A program made the translations under genes and the position numbers. Shown here in pieces: positions 7,013 to 9,020 of a stretch of DNA of 9,020 nucleotides. The notes under the pieces are model-generated. The model was not told the origin of the DNA. It saw only the letters and a program-made list of their open reading frames with translations, and did not search any database. Origin of the DNA: Candidatus Saccharimonadota bacterium (GTDB taxonomy: Bacteria; Pseudomonadota; Gammaproteobacteria; Enterobacterales; Enterobacteriaceae); assembly GCF_012571345.1 (NCBI RefSeq), contig NZ_CP046218.1:403912-412931 (forward strand), written 5' to 3'. How positions within the stretch are numbered: position 1 is the stretch's first letter; every line of letters starts with the position of its first letter.

Positions 7013-7048
7013 TATTAGTTATCAAATACTTATGTGGAATACTCATTT

Positions 7049-8932
7049 ATGTCTAATTATACAACTTTTGATGTAATAGTTATAGGCGGAGGACATGCAG
7101 GTGCTGAAGCTGCTATGGCTAGTACACAGATGAAACAAAAAACATTATTAGTAACACAAAATATAGATACTATAGGACATATGTCTTGTAATCCTGCTAT
7201 TGGTGGTATTGGTAAAGGACATTTAGTAAAAGAAATAGATGCACTTAATGGAATCATGGGTATAACAATTGATTATGCTGGCATTAATTTCAAAATACTA
7301 AATAAAAGCAAGGGTCCTGCTGTTCAAGCAACTCGCGCACAAGCCGATCGTGAATTATATCGTCGTACTATTAGACATCATTTAGAAAAACAAGAATTAT
7401 TGTTTATAATACAGCAAGAAGTTAAAAATATAATTATTAAAAATTATAAAGTACAGGGCATTATTATTAATGATAATGATCATATTTATGCTAATTCAAT
7501 AATTTTAACTAATGGTACTTTTTTAAATGGGAAAATATATATAGGTTTACATCATACTTTTCAAGGTGGTAGAATGAATGATCGATCTTCTACTCAATTA
7601 GCAGATGTTTTAAATACATTACCTTTTAAAAAAAACAGATTAAAAACAGGAACACCTCCACGCATTAGTACGAAAAATATAGATTTTACCCATATGGATA
7701 TACAAAAAAGTGATATGCCTTTACCATATTTTTCATTTTTAAACAATAAAGGTTCATGCCAAAAACAATTACCATGTTATATTACATATACTAATCAACA
7801 CACACATAAAATTATTGCGGATAATATTATTCATAGTCCCATGTATAATGGTATTATTACTAGTCAAGGACCAAGATATTGTCCTTCTATTGAAGATAAA
7901 ATTATTAAATTTCCAAATAAACAACAACATCAAATTTTTTTAGAACCAGAAGGATTATATAGTAATGAAATATATCCTAATGGGTTATCTACTAGCTTGC
8001 CTTTAAAAATACAATTACTTATTATTAATTCTATACATGGTTTAGAAAATGCATATATTACACGTCCAGGTTATGCTGTAGAGTATGATTTTTATGATCC
8101 GCGAGGATTAAAACCTACTATGGAAAGTAAATATATCAAAGGATTATTTTTAGCAGGCCAGATTAATGGTACTACAGGATATGAAGAAGCAGCATCTCAA
8201 GGATTATTAGCTGGTATAAATGCTGCATTATTGAATAATAATCAAGAATATTGGTATCCTCTTAGACATCAAGCATATATAGGTGTATTAATAGATGATT
8301 TATGTACTTTAGGTGTATCAGAACCATATCGCATGTTTACTTCAAGAGCAGAACATAGATTAATTTTAAGAGAAGATAATGCGGATATCAGATTAACCGA
8401 AATAGGTTATAAATTAGGTTTAGTAAATAATATACGCTGGCAAAATTTAAATAATAAATTAGAACAAATAGAAAAAGAAAAACAAATTTTAAAAAATACT
8501 TATATTTCTTATAAAGACATTAATACAATAAAAAAATTAAATTTACTACTACAACATAATTTATATAAAAATATAAATTGTATAGATTTATTAAAAAGAC
8601 CAGAAATTCATTATAATGATTTAATTCAATTAAATCTTTTGAAACCACATTCATTAAATATAGATATTATAAAATATATTGAAACCGAAATAAAATATAA
8701 AGGTTATATTAAAAGACAACAAGCATATATACAAAAACAAAAAAAACATGAACATACATTAATACCTACTCATATAAATTATAATCATATAAATGGTTTA
8801 TGCAATGAAGCTATTGAAAAACTTAATATACATAGACCTTATACTATAGGACAAGCTTCTAGAATTGCTGGTGTGTCTTCTGCGGATATTTCAATATTAT
8901 TAATATATTTATTAAAAAAATATATGTCCTAA
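7049..8932 (+). CDS. mnmG: tRNA uridine 5-carboxymethylaminomethyl modification enzyme MnmG/GidA (627 aa)
   Basis: Strong collinearity with E. coli MnmG: [136 protein letters not shown] chose the ATG at 7049 because it leaves 6 residues before FDV, as in E. coli. The track's GTG at 7034 adds 5 unsupported residues. Confidence 0.93.
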   Translation: MSNYTTFDVIVIGGGHAGAEAAMASTQMKQKTLLVTQNIDTIGHMSCNPAIGGIGKGHLVKEIDALNGIMGITIDYAGINFKILNKSKGPAVQATRAQADRELYRRTIRHHLEKQELLFIIQQEVKNIIIKNYKVQGIIINDNDHIYANSIILTNGTFLNGKIYIGLHHTFQGGRMNDRSSTQLADVLNTLPFKKNRLKTGTPPRISTKNIDFTHMDIQKSDMPLPYFSFLNNKGSCQKQLPCYITYTNQHTHKIIADNIIHSPMYNGIITSQGPRYCPSIEDKIIKFPNKQQHQIFLEPEGLYSNEIYPNGLSTSLPLKIQLLIINSIHGLENAYITRPGYAVEYDFYDPRGLKPTMESKYIKGLFLAGQINGTTGYEEAASQGLLAGINAALLNNNQEYWYPLRHQAYIGVLIDDLCTLGVSEPYRMFTSRAEHRLILREDNADIRLTEIGYKLGLVNNIRWQNLNNKLEQIEKEKQILKNTYISYKDINTIKKLNLLLQHNLYKNINCIDLLKRPEIHYNDLIQLNLLKPHSLNIDIIKYIETEIKYKGYIKRQQAYIQKQKKHEHTLIPTHINYNHINGLCNEAIEKLNIHRPYTIGQASRIAGVSSADISILLIYLLKKYMS

Positions 8933-9020
8933 AAAATAAATAATTGGTATGTGTTTATATTAAATATTTTTTTATACAAAATTATCTGTATAAATATATT
9001 ATACTACTAATATAATAGTA

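Noticed and set aside
7033-7041. DnaA-box-like TGTGGAATA just upstream of mnmG, considered as evidence of oriC.
   Set aside because: It is a single imperfect match with no neighbouring boxes and no room for an origin in a 36-bp spacer, so it is not sufficient to call an origin.
7034-7048. GTG start for mnmG proposed by the ORF track (MEYSF extension).
   Set aside because: The ATG at 7049 reproduces the E. coli spacing of 6 residues before the [10 protein letters not shown] motif. The extra residues have no support.
7057-7257. 66-aa ORF antisense to the 5' end of mnmG.
   Set aside because: Antisense shadow of the relatively GC-rich FAD-binding segment of mnmG, with no independent support.
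1-9020. Alternative genetic code (UGA read as Trp, as in some tiny symbiont genomes).
   Set aside because: All eight proteins translate full length under the standard bacterial code. Trp positions I checked use TGG, and every stop here is TAA or TAG, so nothing requires recoding.
8933-9020. Short palindrome TATACA-N8-TGTATA preceded by a T7 run after the mnmG stop, considered as a terminator, and a possible rsmG start.
   Set aside because: A 6-bp AT-rich stem with the T-run on the wrong side is not convincing. The only ATG (8949) opens a 4-codon frame. The window ends too soon to judge what follows.

Overview
This very AT-rich window carries tightly packed housekeeping genes whose products align along their length with enterobacterial proteins as I recall them. 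It looks like a genome-reduced gammaproteobacterial (Enterobacterales-derived) insect-endosymbiont chromosome; I cannot name the organism from sequence alone. Gene order is typA/bipA (+), ssrA tmRNA (-), smpB (-), grpE (+), rpmB-rpmG (+), rpmE (-), priA (+), mnmG/gidA (+). rpmG and ssrA are absent from the ORF track and were found by reading the sequence. There are no mobile elements, CRISPR arrays, defence or toxin genes, or unexplained long ORFs, so I see no evidence for a novel multi-gene system here. Two observations deserve a second look. First, a perfectly conserved 48-bp in-frame tandem repeat (about 4.6 copies) expands the N-terminal tail of GrpE. Second, the priA ORF is full length and keeps its DNA-binding and zinc-cysteine regions but has no recognisable ATPase/helicase catalytic motifs. 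Lesser items are a perfect 21-bp-arm inverted repeat between convergent rpmG and rpmE without terminator polarity, a tmRNA with no encoded CCA end, synteny junctions consistent with gene loss, mnmG with no room for oriC upstream, and in-frame A10 tracts.
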